DNA of 62,974 bases, filler included, from Stramenopiles sp. TOSAG23-6 (Eukaryota): NCBI GenBank assembly GCA_900128565.1. It is 9 parts of 9 records of this genome, joined end to end, with 100 filler letters (N's around TTAATTAATTAA, not from the genome) between each part and the next. Parts side by side here need not be neighbours in the genome. Positions count along the whole stretch, not along the records: positions 34,742 to 43,295 come from LT636443.1; positions 43,396 to 51,942 come from LT636444.1; 7 more parts are not named here. The stretch is one strand, 5' to 3'. Below the pieces are notes generated by a model that ran no database searches, had not been told where the DNA came from, and was given only the letters and a program-made list of their open reading frames with translations. The translations under genes were made by a program, and so were the position numbers. Of the stretch, positions 38,001 to 47,910 are shown in pieces (positions within the stretch are counted from its first letter, which is position 1; each line of letters starts with the position of its first letter).

Positions 38001-39755
38001 GCCACCAATATCAAATACAGTAGTTGTAGTGCCAGCGATTGCACGAAATAGTTTAAATTCACATGGGTCATTATTGCATGAATTTGTTGTAGATGTAATG
38101 AAGACATTATCAGTAAAAGTTGCATCTGTTTCTTTATGAGCCAGCATGACATAGTCCTGGGTTAGTGTATGACTTCCATCTGTAGCCGCTACTAAACTCG
38201 ACATTGTCAAATTTCCTGTGACGGACACAGCACCAGCAAAGGTAACCGCGGCCGAAAATTCAGCTGTCGAGCAAAACATCTTACCATCAGCTCGAACGCG
38301 CCATTTTTCAACTGAACTTGCAGAAATGTATAATGCATTCGCTGTACTGGAAGCATTTGTATCAAGGTTAATAATAACAGCATTTCCAGAAAAAGAAGTA
38401 CCCGTCATATCAACTTTAAATCCACTATTTACATTACCAGCGTTATATGTGCTTGTTACTGCAACACCTGCAGTTGAAGTTGAGACAGCAAGACCTTCTG
38501 TTGTTGTCACATACTTAGTATTAATGGTATCAATAGATAACGCACCATCTCCTCTTACGGAAAAAACAGAGACATTGTTGGCTTGAGCGTCTAAAAACTT
38601 AAAATCCGTGCTTGCACTCTTCGTTGTTGAAAGTTGAAGAACATTGCTTGTAAAACCCGAATATTCGCTACCCAAGGTTAGTGCCGGGGTATTATCACCC
38701 CAAGCAATATTATCTGATGCAACATCGCATAAAGTACCCGTGTATCCTGAGAAGCATGTACACTGGCCACTTGTGAAATCACAAATTCCATTACCAGCAC
38801 AATATTCGTATTCCACAATGTTGGATACGGCAACATTTGTCGGATTAACTGCGACCGTACAAGTAGGAGTTGTACCGCCAGTAACATCATCAGTAAAACA
38901 TTGAAAACTTTCCACAGTGGGAATAGTTCCTTGAGAATATATATTATTCAAGGATGCTTGTTGTGTAAATACTAGACCTAATGTGTAAGTGACGCCTCCT
39001 TCAGCGTCTGCTGTACCAACTGTACATGTTGACGTCGCAGCTACATTGCTTAACGCTGATATAATTGAACTCGCACAGGTACTGTCAGTAGCATTGGCAC
39101 CATCTGCCGTAAAGGTTGCTTCAAAACCCTGATACAGTAATGAGAACGTTCCCGCCAGTGTTCCACCCGCTGCACCAGTTGTAATAGTCACTACGACGTT
39201 GGACTGTCCTGTAGTTTTTGGATTATCACCTTTTGGGCACGTTTTAAGGGAACAATCTGGGCCCGTATATCCGACATCACAAGCACAAATTCCCATAGTA
39301 TTTTTCTCCCAGTTCGTGTACACTGGGCCAAGTCCAGAACCAAGTTGTGATTGAGGTCCGTAGTACTTCGCAGCTTGACTCGTCGTCTTGCACACTCCAT
39401 GTTGACTACAATTGTTTGGACAACTTTTTTTTGCACAGTTATCGCCTTCCCAACCGTCAAAACAAATACACACACCCGTACGTCTATTGCATTTACCTGC
39501 ATTACTACACTCTACCAAGGAATGTGCAACCGTTGATCCGCTTGGTTTATCAAACCATGCCTCCCCAGAAGGACAGACCTGTTGTGAACAGTCATTGCTG
39601 TATCCATATCCTGGGTAGCAAGTACATGTCTGGCCGGAGCAAGTACCTTTCCCAGAGCAGTTATTTGGACATGCTGCGTGTATATATGATGCAATTAAAA
39701 CAAGAAATGTGAATAGTATGACTGATAGGTCATTAAAATTCCTTCTGCGCTGCAT
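35022..39755 (-). CDS. Secreted EGF-repeat (mastigoneme-like) / tail-fibre-like repeat protein with WPDYVF chaperone-like domain and coiled coil
   Basis: Signal peptide; CPNNCSGKGTC..CPSGEAWFD..ECSNAGKCNRRTGVC; >20 ST-x-TGALTVxGGVGIxxxLxVG repeats; WPDYVF...KHLP.V.SA...LLEKVEE..LYI. Confidence 0.9.
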   Translation of the reverse strand: MQRRRNFNDLSVILFTFLVLIASYIHAACPNNCSGKGTCSGQTCTCYPGYGYSNDCSQQVCPSGEAWFDKPSGSTVAHSLVECSNAGKCNRRTGVCICFDGWEGDNCAKKSCPNNCSQHGVCKTTSQAAKYYGPQSQLGSGLGPVYTNWEKNTMGICACDVGYTGPDCSLKTCPKGDNPKTTGQSNVVVTITTGAAGGTLAGTFSLLYQGFEATFTADGANATDSTCASSIISALSNVAATSTCTVGTADAEGGVTYTLGLVFTQQASLNNIYSQGTIPTVESFQCFTDDVTGGTTPTCTVAVNPTNVAVSNIVEYEYCAGNGICDFTSGQCTCFSGYTGTLCDVASDNIAWGDNTPALTLGSEYSGFTSNVLQLSTTKSASTDFKFLDAQANNVSVFSVRGDGALSIDTINTKYVTTTEGLAVSTSTAGVAVTSTYNAGNVNSGFKVDMTGTSFSGNAVIINLDTNASSTANALYISASSVEKWRVRADGKMFCSTAEFSAAVTFAGAVSVTGNLTMSSLVAATDGSHTLTQDYVMLAHKETDATFTDNVFITSTTNSCNNDPCEFKLFRAIAGTTTTVFDIGGDGETTIHTGGLSVAAGGITVSAGGLTVSAGGATITSGGLDVQGGGITVAGTSTFNDAATVTTTVNNSNTFTIESQGNSLASSVDVLLIKAPNMSSGPDLIQAENSGGAVFRVKADGSTIISSTTVSTSSSSGSITVAGGIGIAKGLYVGEILSIGSTEAATDASSGAFTTLGGVGIADNLYVGGVFHVEGDYSATSSTTGALTTMGGVGIGEDLYIGGVVHIGKNLSSSSGSTGSLTVSGGVGISQDLHVGAATVTSSSLTGAITLAGGIGIKKGATIGGESLSSSSTSGSLKVAGGVGIAKQLYVGATLHVEGTTESTSPTSGAATFGGGIGVSGNLNVSGAQTITDDTDASNATTGGSFTTSGGAAIAKKAFVGGNLDIASVTDSTSSLNGALTLSGGIGVAKAVNVGTTLSVVGTSDSTSATSGTVTVAGGVGVAADLYVGGIGVVTGSVDAXTSTSGALNVSGGLGVQKSIYVGDHINVKGGHHSESAETGTITVTGGIGVSYDIYSGRSIHGRGTTQADSSLHGALTTSGGAGIAMNLFVGGSANIQSVNTSTQTTNGALTVVGGVGIGENVNIGGITSIDATTDSTSSHTGSLVVGGGAGIGKTAFIGGGLHVQGTTASTSATTGTVTIGGGVGIGGDVNIGSTSVATNTSSGSLSTAGGFSAAGDVYIGDGLHIAGSTASTDNTSGTVTIAGGVGIVGGLNAGGDVSTSGTTQSDSTLTGSFVAAGGAGIGKQLYVGERIHINQQTDIDAESFLGGSVKVHQRLTVDGWQDGIATSFPSTSTDSGSLIVGGGVGVAMSVYTGGGVHIQGDAGSTSSLTGTFTVAGGVGIMQDLNIGGAIETGGNIVVGGSIFHANGDTWPDYVFEPDYPLMPLDAFQKFIEKEKHLPNVTSAADMKSEGFNLGLWIKRLLEKVEESSLYILQLHKNVLDLQAKGRQLESNLDTEKQKMVNQNNVIKELNSRVTQLEQNIIEIYSKFSNNNVELNV

Positions 39756-40024
39756 TGTTCGGGAAACCACACAAATTTATCTTTCCAAATGAAAACTATA
39801 ATTGTAGTTACGTTGTTACGTTGTGCCGTTAGGGTATCATAGTATCCGTACCATTAAAGTACGAAATTGAAAAGGGCAGTTACTTTATCGAGTACCCGGT
39901 ACCTCTATTTAGAAATTTTTCATTTATTTATTAGAATCAAAATAAACCAATAAAATGATATATCACACTTTGCTTTATATTGTTGTATCTATTATTTTTG
40001 TTTATTTTGTCAAATCATACCATG

Positions 40025-40129
40025 CCATACGTAGGGTTAGGGTTTAAAATATTGAAGTTCCATACATAGGGTTAGGGTTTAAAATATTGAAGTTCCATAC
40101 GTAGGGTTAGGGTTTAAAATATTGAAGTT
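40025..40129. repeat. 35-bp tandem repeat x3 containing TAGGGTTAGGG and the 3' end of the adjacent gene
   Basis: ccatacgtagggttagggtttaaaatattgaagtt repeated. Confidence 0.9.
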
Positions 40130-41456
40130 CAGACGCAACCATACCACAAGATTTGATATCATTAATTAGTGAAGTGGGACCGGCAACAAGTGCAGCTAAC
40201 TGGTCATCATTCGGTTTAAAGATGACCATTGAACTCACAATACATGCAGGAGTAGATTTAGGGAAATCAAAAAGAGGAATATGAAAATCTTGTGTTGTAG
40301 GGTTAGGGCTCCCATTTGGAAGTTTTACAACTTTTGCAAACTTTGACCAATTAGTAATTGCACCATATGTACNTTNAGTGATATGTTCCCAGTTAGTTGG
40401 CATGGATGAAGAACTATCACGTTTATATATTGGTCCTGTCACACTCTTTCGTATCAATGACGGTAATAGATAATCTTCTTTTCTATATGCTATTAAATCT
40501 TCATAGTTTCCAATTTGGTCATCATCAAGATTTTCAANCTTCCCTCTAAAATTAATAGCCATAATAGCAACATCACATTGAAGGACGTTGCAAAATGTTG
40601 AAACAAGAATGTCATTTGTTGAAATAAATGCTACATTACGGTTATCATTATTTTTTGATTTATGTTTTGATTTTTGTTCATCGAGCCAAGTTTTTGAAAT
40701 GTAGAAACCAAAAGAATCTGTTGAAGGGAAGAACATATTTTTCAATACACCANAAATGAAACGAAATAAAAACCCTGGTGGAGGTGACATGAACGACAAT
40801 TCACCTCCCATAGCTTCTTTGATTTTAGAGGGTATTTTTTGATTTCTATCAGGAGAGAGAGCTTCAACTTTTGCTTCACTCGAAAGCATGTTGAATATTC
40901 TATAATAACCGTGTCCGTCTAACAATGAGTGATTTGCACTTACAATTAGAGCAAACTTATTCCGACCATTCGGGATAAGTGTTACTCTCCAAAGAGGTTT
41001 ATTTGTACCTTCTGTTTCTTCACTTGTACCACACAGAAAGGGCGAAAGACTTTTAACCATCGAATGATAATTAGAAGACAAATCAACTGTTCGAACGGTG
41101 AACCAATATCCTTGTTCAATGAGTGGACCAGACGACGGTGGAATAAAGATAGTTAACTCACCGTTCTCGTCGCGATCAAGTATACCACATAACCAAGGAT
41201 TTGCAATAAGTATTTCTTTTGTGCGAGCAGAGAAATACTTTGTCGCTTCTGAAAGAGAACCTGAAAAGTAAGTGATCGTGCTCGTCGCTGGAGCTTTGCA
41301 AATCATGGGGCCAACCTCGTTAGGCAGAAGTTTAAGTCTTTTGTAACTCGAATACCGTTTTTTTCGTTGATGATAGCGGAACCAACTCCAACCTTGATGT
41401 GCCACAAAGAGACCAGCCACGACAGTTGCTGCTACGGCCATGTTAGAGTCCGTCAT
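40107..41456 (-). CDS. CoA-dependent acyltransferase-fold protein (HxxxD) with N-terminal anchor
   Basis: PLWRVTL...SANHSLLDGHG; ISTNDILVS. Confidence 0.75.
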   Translation of the reverse strand: MTDSNMAVAATVVAGLFVAHQGWSWFRYHQRKKRYSSYKRLKLLPNEVGPMICKAPATSTITYFSGSLSEATKYFSARTKEILIANPWLCGILDRDENGELTIFIPPSSGPLIEQGYWFTVRTVDLSSNYHSMVKSLSPFLCGTSEETEGTNKPLWRVTLIPNGRNKFALIVSANHSLLDGHGYYRIFNMLSSEAKVEALSPDRNQKIPSKIKEAMGGELSFMSPPPGFLFRFIXGVLKNMFFPSTDSFGFYISKTWLDEQKSKHKSKNNDNRNVAFISTNDILVSTFCNVLQCDVAIMAINFRGKXENLDDDQIGNYEDLIAYRKEDYLLPSLIRKSVTGPIYKRDSSSSMPTNWEHITXXTYGAITNWSKFAKVVKLPNGSPNPTTQDFHIPLFDFPKSTPACIVSSMVIFKPNDDQLAALVAGPTSLINDIKSCGMVASELQYFKP

Positions 41457-41645
41457 GATATTATATTGTACTTGTTTTTGTTTCCGAACAGAAAAATAGT
41501 TCATTGAAAAGAAACTAGATTTGATTGGATGGAAGAATTAAATAAATAGCTAATCGTAATTTGATGGGCGGTTACGGTTTCCTATATTTACAGTATAGAT
41601 TTTTTTTGAATAATAGGCTATGAAAAAAGATACAGACAGTATACC

Positions 41646-42029
41646 ATGTACGGATCAGGGAAGTCGCTTTTCAATAATGCCATGAATGGTACATCACAAA
41701 CAACTCCACATGATATCCATGGACACACTGATTTCACGAAACCCTATAAACATTATGATGAAAAAGGTCTTGAATATGCACATGGTCACTATGATCAGTA
41801 CGGAAATTATGATTCGCATTATACACATTACNATNAAAANGGTCAANTTGATNCACANGGTCANTATGATGAATGGGGCGAATATGATTCATATTATACC
41901 AATCATTCTACAACTAATCCTTCTACGACAACAAAGCCTTATCATTATAATTTTTCAAACGATGAACTTTCATATTTTGCAGCTATAGGTGGACAGTATA
42001 AAGACCAATACGCAAAAAAAAATTATTGA
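41646..42029 (+). CDS. Small Tyr/His/Gly-rich repetitive protein
   Basis: 127-aa ATG ORF with GHYDQYG-like repeats. Confidence 0.5.
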   Translation: MYGSGKSLFNNAMNGTSQTTPHDIHGHTDFTKPYKHYDEKGLEYAHGHYDQYGNYDSHYTHYXXXGQXDXXGXYDEWGEYDSYYTNHSTTNPSTTTKPYHYNFSNDELSYFAAIGGQYKDQYAKKNY

Positions 42030-42268
42030 GAAATAAAAAAATTCCTCATTTTAGATTGATAAAATTTATTAAAGTGCATTAGTTATTAGTATATTACGGA
42101 AAATTTCGTCCCAAGCGCAAGGAAATTTTCTTATTTAACGATATAGATTCAGTATAATGTCAGTTGTCCGTCGTTTTTAAAGTACCTGTATTTTGGATAC
42201 CTTTTGGTTTATTTGGGGTACCTTCACATACATACGTAACGAATGTAATAAATCGCGCAGGATATTTT

Positions 42269-43229
42269 TCAAGCATTTATGAAACATTCTTTCAAAAACG
42301 AAATGGAACATATTTCGTGTTCTAAAGCGGGTGCATATATATTTTCATTCGAAACATCTCGTTCTAGTGCTTGTATAAACATTACTGAATGTTTCTTATT
42401 CACACTACTTTTTATTTTATTTGAATCATGATTTTTTTTCGATTTTTTTATTTCATTTTGTGATTTGTTTGATTTTGGATTGGAGACCATTTTAATTCCA
42501 TTTACTACAGGGAAATTTCCTTCTTTACACTGCAAATATACAGAATTCCGTAAAGAATTTGCAATTTTTTCTTGAGTAATTTTTCCATGTTTTGNGACAA
42601 GATTGCGTACTGTTTTTTCTGCGTTTTTTTCTGATCTGTTGTGTACACTATTATTTACATCATCCTTTATTTTTGTTGTATTTTTTATTTTATGCCTTTT
42701 TTTCATTTGTTGAACTAAATTATGCAATGAAGATACACATGTTGGTATATACCTTAATAATGCTTTCTTTTTATTGGCAATATCTGAGCTTTCCTTTTTC
42801 TTTTTAATATGTTTGCGTAACTGTATACAACAACCAGTGAGTGCTTTAAGTATTGAATTTTGTAGTGGAACAATACCATCAGATATGAATTCTTTTCCTG
42901 TTCCTTTAAAAGGAATACATGTACTAACTATTGAAATAAAAACACCAACACAATTAGTTTTAGGACATATACCATAGGAAGACCATTTCACTCGTCTATT
43001 TGCTGTTCGGCTCATAACTCCACTGCCACCGTCGAAAAGAAGAGGGATTCTATTTGCAAATCGATATACTTGAATTCCAGGTTTAATACCATTTTTCATA
43101 TTAACTTTTGTACCTCCTTTTACAGTATTTCCCCCAAGAGCAACCGCAGCTTCTACAATAAATGGATGACCTTCCCAGGCACCCGATTCTGCATTTGATG
43201 TAGCCACTAAATCTGGTTGAAATTCCTTC
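42269..43229 (-). CDS. TOP6B: DNA topoisomerase VI subunit B, last exon (transducer domain), after a truncated family intron 43230-43295
   Basis: PDLVAT...EGHPFIVEAAVALGG, RFANRIPLLF, VFISIVSTCIPFKGTGKEFI. Confidence 0.9.
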
Positions 43230-43450
43230 ATGTATTGTGAAAAAATATTTAAAAAAAANCGTTNGGNAACAAANTTTTTATAAAAAAATAAATTCNNNNN
43301 NNNNNNNNNNNNNNNNNNNNNNNNNNNNNNNNNNNNNNNTTAATTAATTAANNNNNNNNNNNNNNNNNNNNNNNNNNNNNNNNNNNNNNNNNNNNTTTCG
43401 TACCTAACAAATTTAAGTTTTTTTTTTTGAAATATTTTTCCAAAATACAT

Positions 43451-43822
43451 CAACGTACTGGACGTTTGGTTTGGGTTAAAGTAGATGGTTTCCCGGATTG
43501 GCCTGCGGAGATTTGCTTTGATATTTCAGAAAAGAAAGCGAATGCACATTTTGATTTATCGCTTGTTGTGTTTTTTGGCGATGAGGAATCTACAGAGTTT
43601 CTTCATTCTCCAGAGGAAGATTTATCTCATTTTATTGGGAATGAAAATGATCCGTCTATATTACCTATTGGATGCCCTGAACGTGATGATGCGTATGAAA
43701 CTGCTCTAAAGGCTGCATTGACAAGGAAGTTAGTTCTAGAAAATGAGCATGGCCCGAGGCATTCATTTCGTGCGAGAAAGAAACATGCAGTGACACCAGG
43801 TAATGCTCAAATAGTAGTATAA
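43451..43822 (+). CDS. Terminal exon with PWWP domain, after a truncated family intron 43396-43450
   Basis: GRLVWVKVDGFPDWPAEI...VVFFGD. Confidence 0.8.
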   Translation, partial: QRTGRLVWVKVDGFPDWPAEICFDISEKKANAHFDLSLVVFFGDEESTEFLHSPEEDLSHFIGNENDPSILPIGCPERDDAYETALKAALTRKLVLENEHGPRHSFRARKKHAVTPGNAQIVV

Positions 43823-43943
43823 AAAAGTGACTTGACTGCAACTAAATTTTTGTGCTTTACAATTTAAAATTTTGATGTTTGTTTGCATATTCTCATAGTA
43901 AATGACACGGATTATATTTATCTTTATAGTTTATGTAGTACTT

Positions 43944-44525
43944 TTATCTTTGTACACCCATCATGTTTTTCTCTTCTAGAACTGACGCTGCAAACGTCGC
44001 TGGTGTCGCTGCTTTGAGGAAATTGTCTCCAGCGAAATGAGCAAATTTTGGGCAGTCAAGTGCCTTATCTGTACAAACAACATCCGCGCCAATCGCATTT
44101 TTCAACGCCGTCATAAAATCTATCTCGCCGCTAAAATCTGCTTCGGGTCTAATATAACCGCACACAACTAGTCGTATTTCTTCACCATAAAAATCTTCGG
44201 CAAATTCGTGCAATAAATAAGGTTCGACCACTTTATGTTGAGTTGCTTCAGTACCTTTAAAAGTTGGATTATGTCCGACACTTATAGCTGCTTTATATAT
44301 ACAAAGATCACTGTTAACATTTCCTACAGATGCCCAGCCACAATAAATTCCTGTATCCATTTTCTGAAGAGTAGAATACACCGCGGCTGAATTGTCTAGA
44401 TTTGCAGTCGGCCAACCTAATTCTTTCGAACCCCGTTGGAAACCTTTTGCAACCGTTGAACAAAACCGAATCGGTGGGTCCACGAGACTGACTGTTCTAT
44501 TTGCTACTGATTTGGTTGAAGCCAT
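43944..44525 (-). CDS. RFK: Riboflavin kinase (eukaryotic monofunctional)
   Basis: KGFQRGSKELGWPTANL, GIYCGWA, SVGHNPTF, EDFYGEEIRLVVCGYIRPE. Confidence 0.95.
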   Translation of the reverse strand: MASTKSVANRTVSLVDPPIRFCSTVAKGFQRGSKELGWPTANLDNSAAVYSTLQKMDTGIYCGWASVGNVNSDLCIYKAAISVGHNPTFKGTEATQHKVVEPYLLHEFAEDFYGEEIRLVVCGYIRPEADFSGEIDFMTALKNAIGADVVCTDKALDCPKFAHFAGDNFLKAATPATFAASVLEEKNMMGVQR

Positions 44526-44888
44526 GACGTAAACGATAAACAATATTATGTCTTGTTGACGCCTCAATGTAATGTATAATTTATAGGATAGAGTGGCAAT
44601 TTGCAAAATTGTGTCGGTATTTGTATTTTATAGTATGTGTTTCAGGTTTCAGCGAAAAAGACGAAGACGAAGACGAAGCAAAGCAGTCAAAGACGTCAAA
44701 CATTTTATTATTAATAGGGTTGGGTTAGGGTTTGCAATTTAAATTGGGCAAAATTAAAATTTCATAAAATTTTCAAATTTTTCGAAACCTCCGACTCCGA
44801 GTTCACATCCTTTTGCCGAGGAGTAGTCTACTATATATACATTACGACTCACCTGTCAGAGCGCGTCTGAGTAAGAATACATTATACT

Positions 44889-45896
44889 ATGTCGGAAAGT
44901 GACGCACAAAATACTAATCTTGTAGATGAGGCAAAAGTTTCGAAGTCTGATAATTACACTGGTAATAGATCTTCACCCGTCGCAGAATCCGTAGTCGACA
45001 ACGTTAAAAGTGAGGATTGTGAGGTATCTGTCGGAGACTCAACCAAAGAAGATATCGACAGAAAAAATGCAATGCTTTATCAACAGACTAGTTTAGAAAT
45101 GTTTTTGCAGAAAAATCCTGATAGAGAATTGCTTCTTGAATGGAGAGACGACAAGTCAGGAATATGGAAATTAATATCGATCGTGACATATGCATACCTG
45201 CTTTTTTCACCTATCTTACCTTTACTTCCACAAATGGAAAGGAAATTTTTTATAGTACTCATTTGGATATTCATTACCATGCTTGTATGGTTTAAAATTG
45301 AGTACGATAATTACGCTGAAATTTGGTGGATTTGTTTCGCCAGAGGCATTATTGTCGAATTTCCCGATACTGATACATGGAAGGGTTATTTGGTGACAAA
45401 ACCTATAATCATAGCAGTGTTGACTATGTTCACCTTTGGAGTTGTGGCATTTCTAGGTCTTACATACAACAACGATGCGAATAGTTGGAAAGACTTCCAT
45501 GTGTATGAGACCTCGTTTTTTCAAATTTTGTCAGCGTCGTTTGTGTTTGTTCTTACAAAAAATGTTGTCTGCTTGGAAGATTGTCAACACTTACTCTCAA
45601 TCAACCGTGCACTGAAATATTTGAAAGATCCATATTTGCTAACAAATAAAGGCTTTAAAAGCGTACATATAACTCAAATACAGAAATATGTATTTGATAT
45701 ACAAAGTAGACATTTTGTACGAAACCTACCAAATTTTTTACATAGCCATTCAAATCAAGAAATGCAGATTAAAAAATTTAGCTGGAATCATATTCATAGA
45801 TTAAGTCACAAACCTGTACAAGCTAATACGTTGAAGATTGGAGGAGGAATGAGGCTACTAGTATTTTTCCGGACAAAAAAAAATCTTGATGAATAA
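44889..45896 (+). CDS. Membrane protein of unknown function
   Basis: 335-aa ORF with about 4 hydrophobic helices. Confidence 0.75.
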   Translation: MSESDAQNTNLVDEAKVSKSDNYTGNRSSPVAESVVDNVKSEDCEVSVGDSTKEDIDRKNAMLYQQTSLEMFLQKNPDRELLLEWRDDKSGIWKLISIVTYAYLLFSPILPLLPQMERKFFIVLIWIFITMLVWFKIEYDNYAEIWWICFARGIIVEFPDTDTWKGYLVTKPIIIAVLTMFTFGVVAFLGLTYNNDANSWKDFHVYETSFFQILSASFVFVLTKNVVCLEDCQHLLSINRALKYLKDPYLLTNKGFKSVHITQIQKYVFDIQSRHFVRNLPNFLHSHSNQEMQIKKFSWNHIHRLSHKPVQANTLKIGGGMRLLVFFRTKKNLDE

Positions 45897-45958
45897 AAAA
45901 CTTGTAAAATACTTTTCCGGACAAAAAAAAATCTTGATGAATAAAAAACTTGTAAAAA
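45866..45958 (+). repeat. ~47-bp tandem duplication of the gene's stop region
   Basis: tttccggacaaaaaaaaatcttgatgaataaaaaacttgtaaaa x2. Confidence 0.88.
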
Positions 45959-46073
45959 ACTTCCAATATAAATTATACTTTACTAAAAACTACGTACTAT
46001 GCATAACCATACTAGAGTTATGAAATAATACTAAAATAGGTGGGGGCTGGAATCTATATAATATATAGTAGCA

Positions 46074-46835
46074 TTATTTTGTTTGATACCCTCTACCAGT
46101 GTGTGATCTAGGATTCTGAAATAATTCAGAAAGCTCTTCTAAGGAAACATTTTTTCTAAACATCTGAGTTTTACCTAATCTAGGATGGTCCAAGCAGGTT
46201 TTTACAGTCCCCGTCATGTATTTTGGAAAAATATTTCCCAAAAAAAAAACTAAAATTTGTAAGGTACAAAATTACGTATGAAAAAAACATTGAAATTGAA
46301 AAAAAAATAAAACATACGTATAATAAATCTCGAACTTACAAAAACCATCGTTTGTGTCACCTTCAAAAGCAACAACTCGTGATTGAGGATTAAATGCAAC
46401 TTCATCGAGACCATATATAGCAGCATAGTGGCGAACGTCATCTAAATCCAAACCAGAAGATTGTAAGTCATTTATGATATGCCTCAAAAATCGTTCATAC
46501 CTTTGAGCATTTTGTAAACCACAAACACCACGTGTGCCATTAGGAACCCTATAAGAACCAACAACGTTTTTCCATCCCTTGCATCTCAGAATTTTTACCT
46601 GGCATGGAAATCTCCCCCCCCAAGCAACATGTGACCAAGTAGCCGCTTCGCTATCAGCGATGAAAGGACCACAAAGTATCTTACTTTCAACGTTATATAA
46701 TAGCAATGGGAATCCCGGGGAAATGCGATTGGAACGACACGAATCTGAAAAACTCCCTTCTCTTGCTCCGAAAAGTCCTCTATTGTAACACTCCTCTTGT
46801 GTTTCATTATTACAGCAAAAAATATATGCTGCCAT
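46074..46835 (-). CDS. DCD-domain protein fused to a YYTTGTV..HPR.GKTQ..NPR.HTG.GY domain; intron 46216-46317
   Basis: YIFCCNNETQEECYNRGLFG...PGFPLLLYN...AWGGRFPCQV; spliced exon 2 is open to TAA at 46074. Confidence 0.85.
46216..46317 (-). mobile_element. Family intron, 102 nt (AC|GTATGT...AATACAT|), no flanking duplication
   Basis: GT-AT splicing gives IYYT|TGTV. Confidence 0.88.
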
Positions 46836-47043
46836 TATCACGGGGATATTATAGACTAAAAGGTAAACTTTTATTATATTTAGCGGTAGTCTTCCCCGAG
46901 GGATGCAATAATAACAATGATGATGGCGAAGTTGGCCAACTGCGCACTGGATGAATTTTCGAATTTTAAATTCGTCGTCGATGTCGGCCAAGACAACCTG
47001 GGCTAGTCAAGTAATTGTAGGTAGCTAGCTGTCATAGAGGCTA

Positions 47044-47910
47044 ATGCGTGTACGAGTTATTTTCCCGGGCAATGAAGCATTGGCTTTATCTCTAGATAGT
47101 AATCTAGAATGCTCTATGTCACACTTGAAAGCTGCAATTTACTCAAAATTAGATACTAAAGGCACGACTGTGATTTCTCTTTTCCATGACGGCAAACAAC
47201 TTGACGACGCCAAAGAAACATTTGCCTCTCAAGGGATTTCCGGGGGAAATGGATTAATTGTAGTTGTAGCTGTGATGCAGAAAAACGATATTGAAATGTC
47301 TACTCGTTCTAAACACTCTTCGGACGAGCCTATTAATGTCGAAAGTTGTTCTTCTCCTGTTTCTGCTCCAATATCAACAAATGTGAAGTCACTAATTGAC
47401 TTAGGTTTCTCAACAACGTTAGCTACCCGGGCTCTAGAGATGTGTGACGAAGATGTCAGTCAGGCTGCAAACCTATTATTCTCAGGAAGTATCAGTGATA
47501 TTCATGCAACACATTCGAGCCTTGGTACTAAAACTAGTGCTAATGAAACCAATAAAAAGTCGAATAATAAGTTAGCTTGGCTTCGATTTGATCCCCGCTT
47601 TTCCCGTCTGCTTAAAACATACAAAACTGATCCTTTTTGTGTTGGCGAAGTTCTGCATGATATTGGTGAATCACAGCCAGACCTATTGCAACTCATAAAT
47701 ACAAATCCAAAAGAATTTATTGAATTAGTTAACGAAAGTACTAACACTAGCCCTAACCCTATACGTGAGGAAACGGTACCAGTAAACAAAAAATACCGAA
47801 AACGAAAAAGAAAAGAAAATAGCAAAGATGATGGTATATCCAAGTCCGTAAAACAGGATGTAGTGTTTGATTTGTGCGAATCTTCTGATGAAAATGAGCT
47901 GTACATGTAA
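47044..47910 (+). CDS. Rad23-like UBL-UBA-XPC-binding protein
   Basis: UBL-like N-terminus, VKSLIDLGFS..A.RALEMC..DVSQAANLLF (UBA), IGESQPDLLQLINTNPKEFIEL (XPC-binding). Confidence 0.8.
   Translation: MRVRVIFPGNEALALSLDSNLECSMSHLKAAIYSKLDTKGTTVISLFHDGKQLDDAKETFASQGISGGNGLIVVVAVMQKNDIEMSTRSKHSSDEPINVESCSSPVSAPISTNVKSLIDLGFSTTLATRALEMCDEDVSQAANLLFSGSISDIHATHSSLGTKTSANETNKKSNNKLAWLRFDPRFSRLLKTYKTDPFCVGEVLHDIGESQPDLLQLINTNPKEFIELVNESTNTSPNPIREETVPVNKKYRKRKRKENSKDDGISKSVKQDVVFDLCESSDENELYM

Larger units (their letters stand above)
34742..43295. repeat. Contig duplicated at 52043-60581 (near-identical haplotype or assembly path)
   Basis: Same ends and largely shared N positions; resolved differences seen only at ~35408-35580. 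Confidence 0.95.

Noticed and set aside
35491-39712. Plus-strand Pro/Thr-rich ORFs
   Set aside because: They are antisense shadows of the Gly-rich fibre gene.
35022-39755. Prophage or endogenous giant virus
   Set aside because: No other viral genes are present. The gene has a eukaryotic signal peptide and EGF domains, and its contig carries an intron-containing TOP6B.
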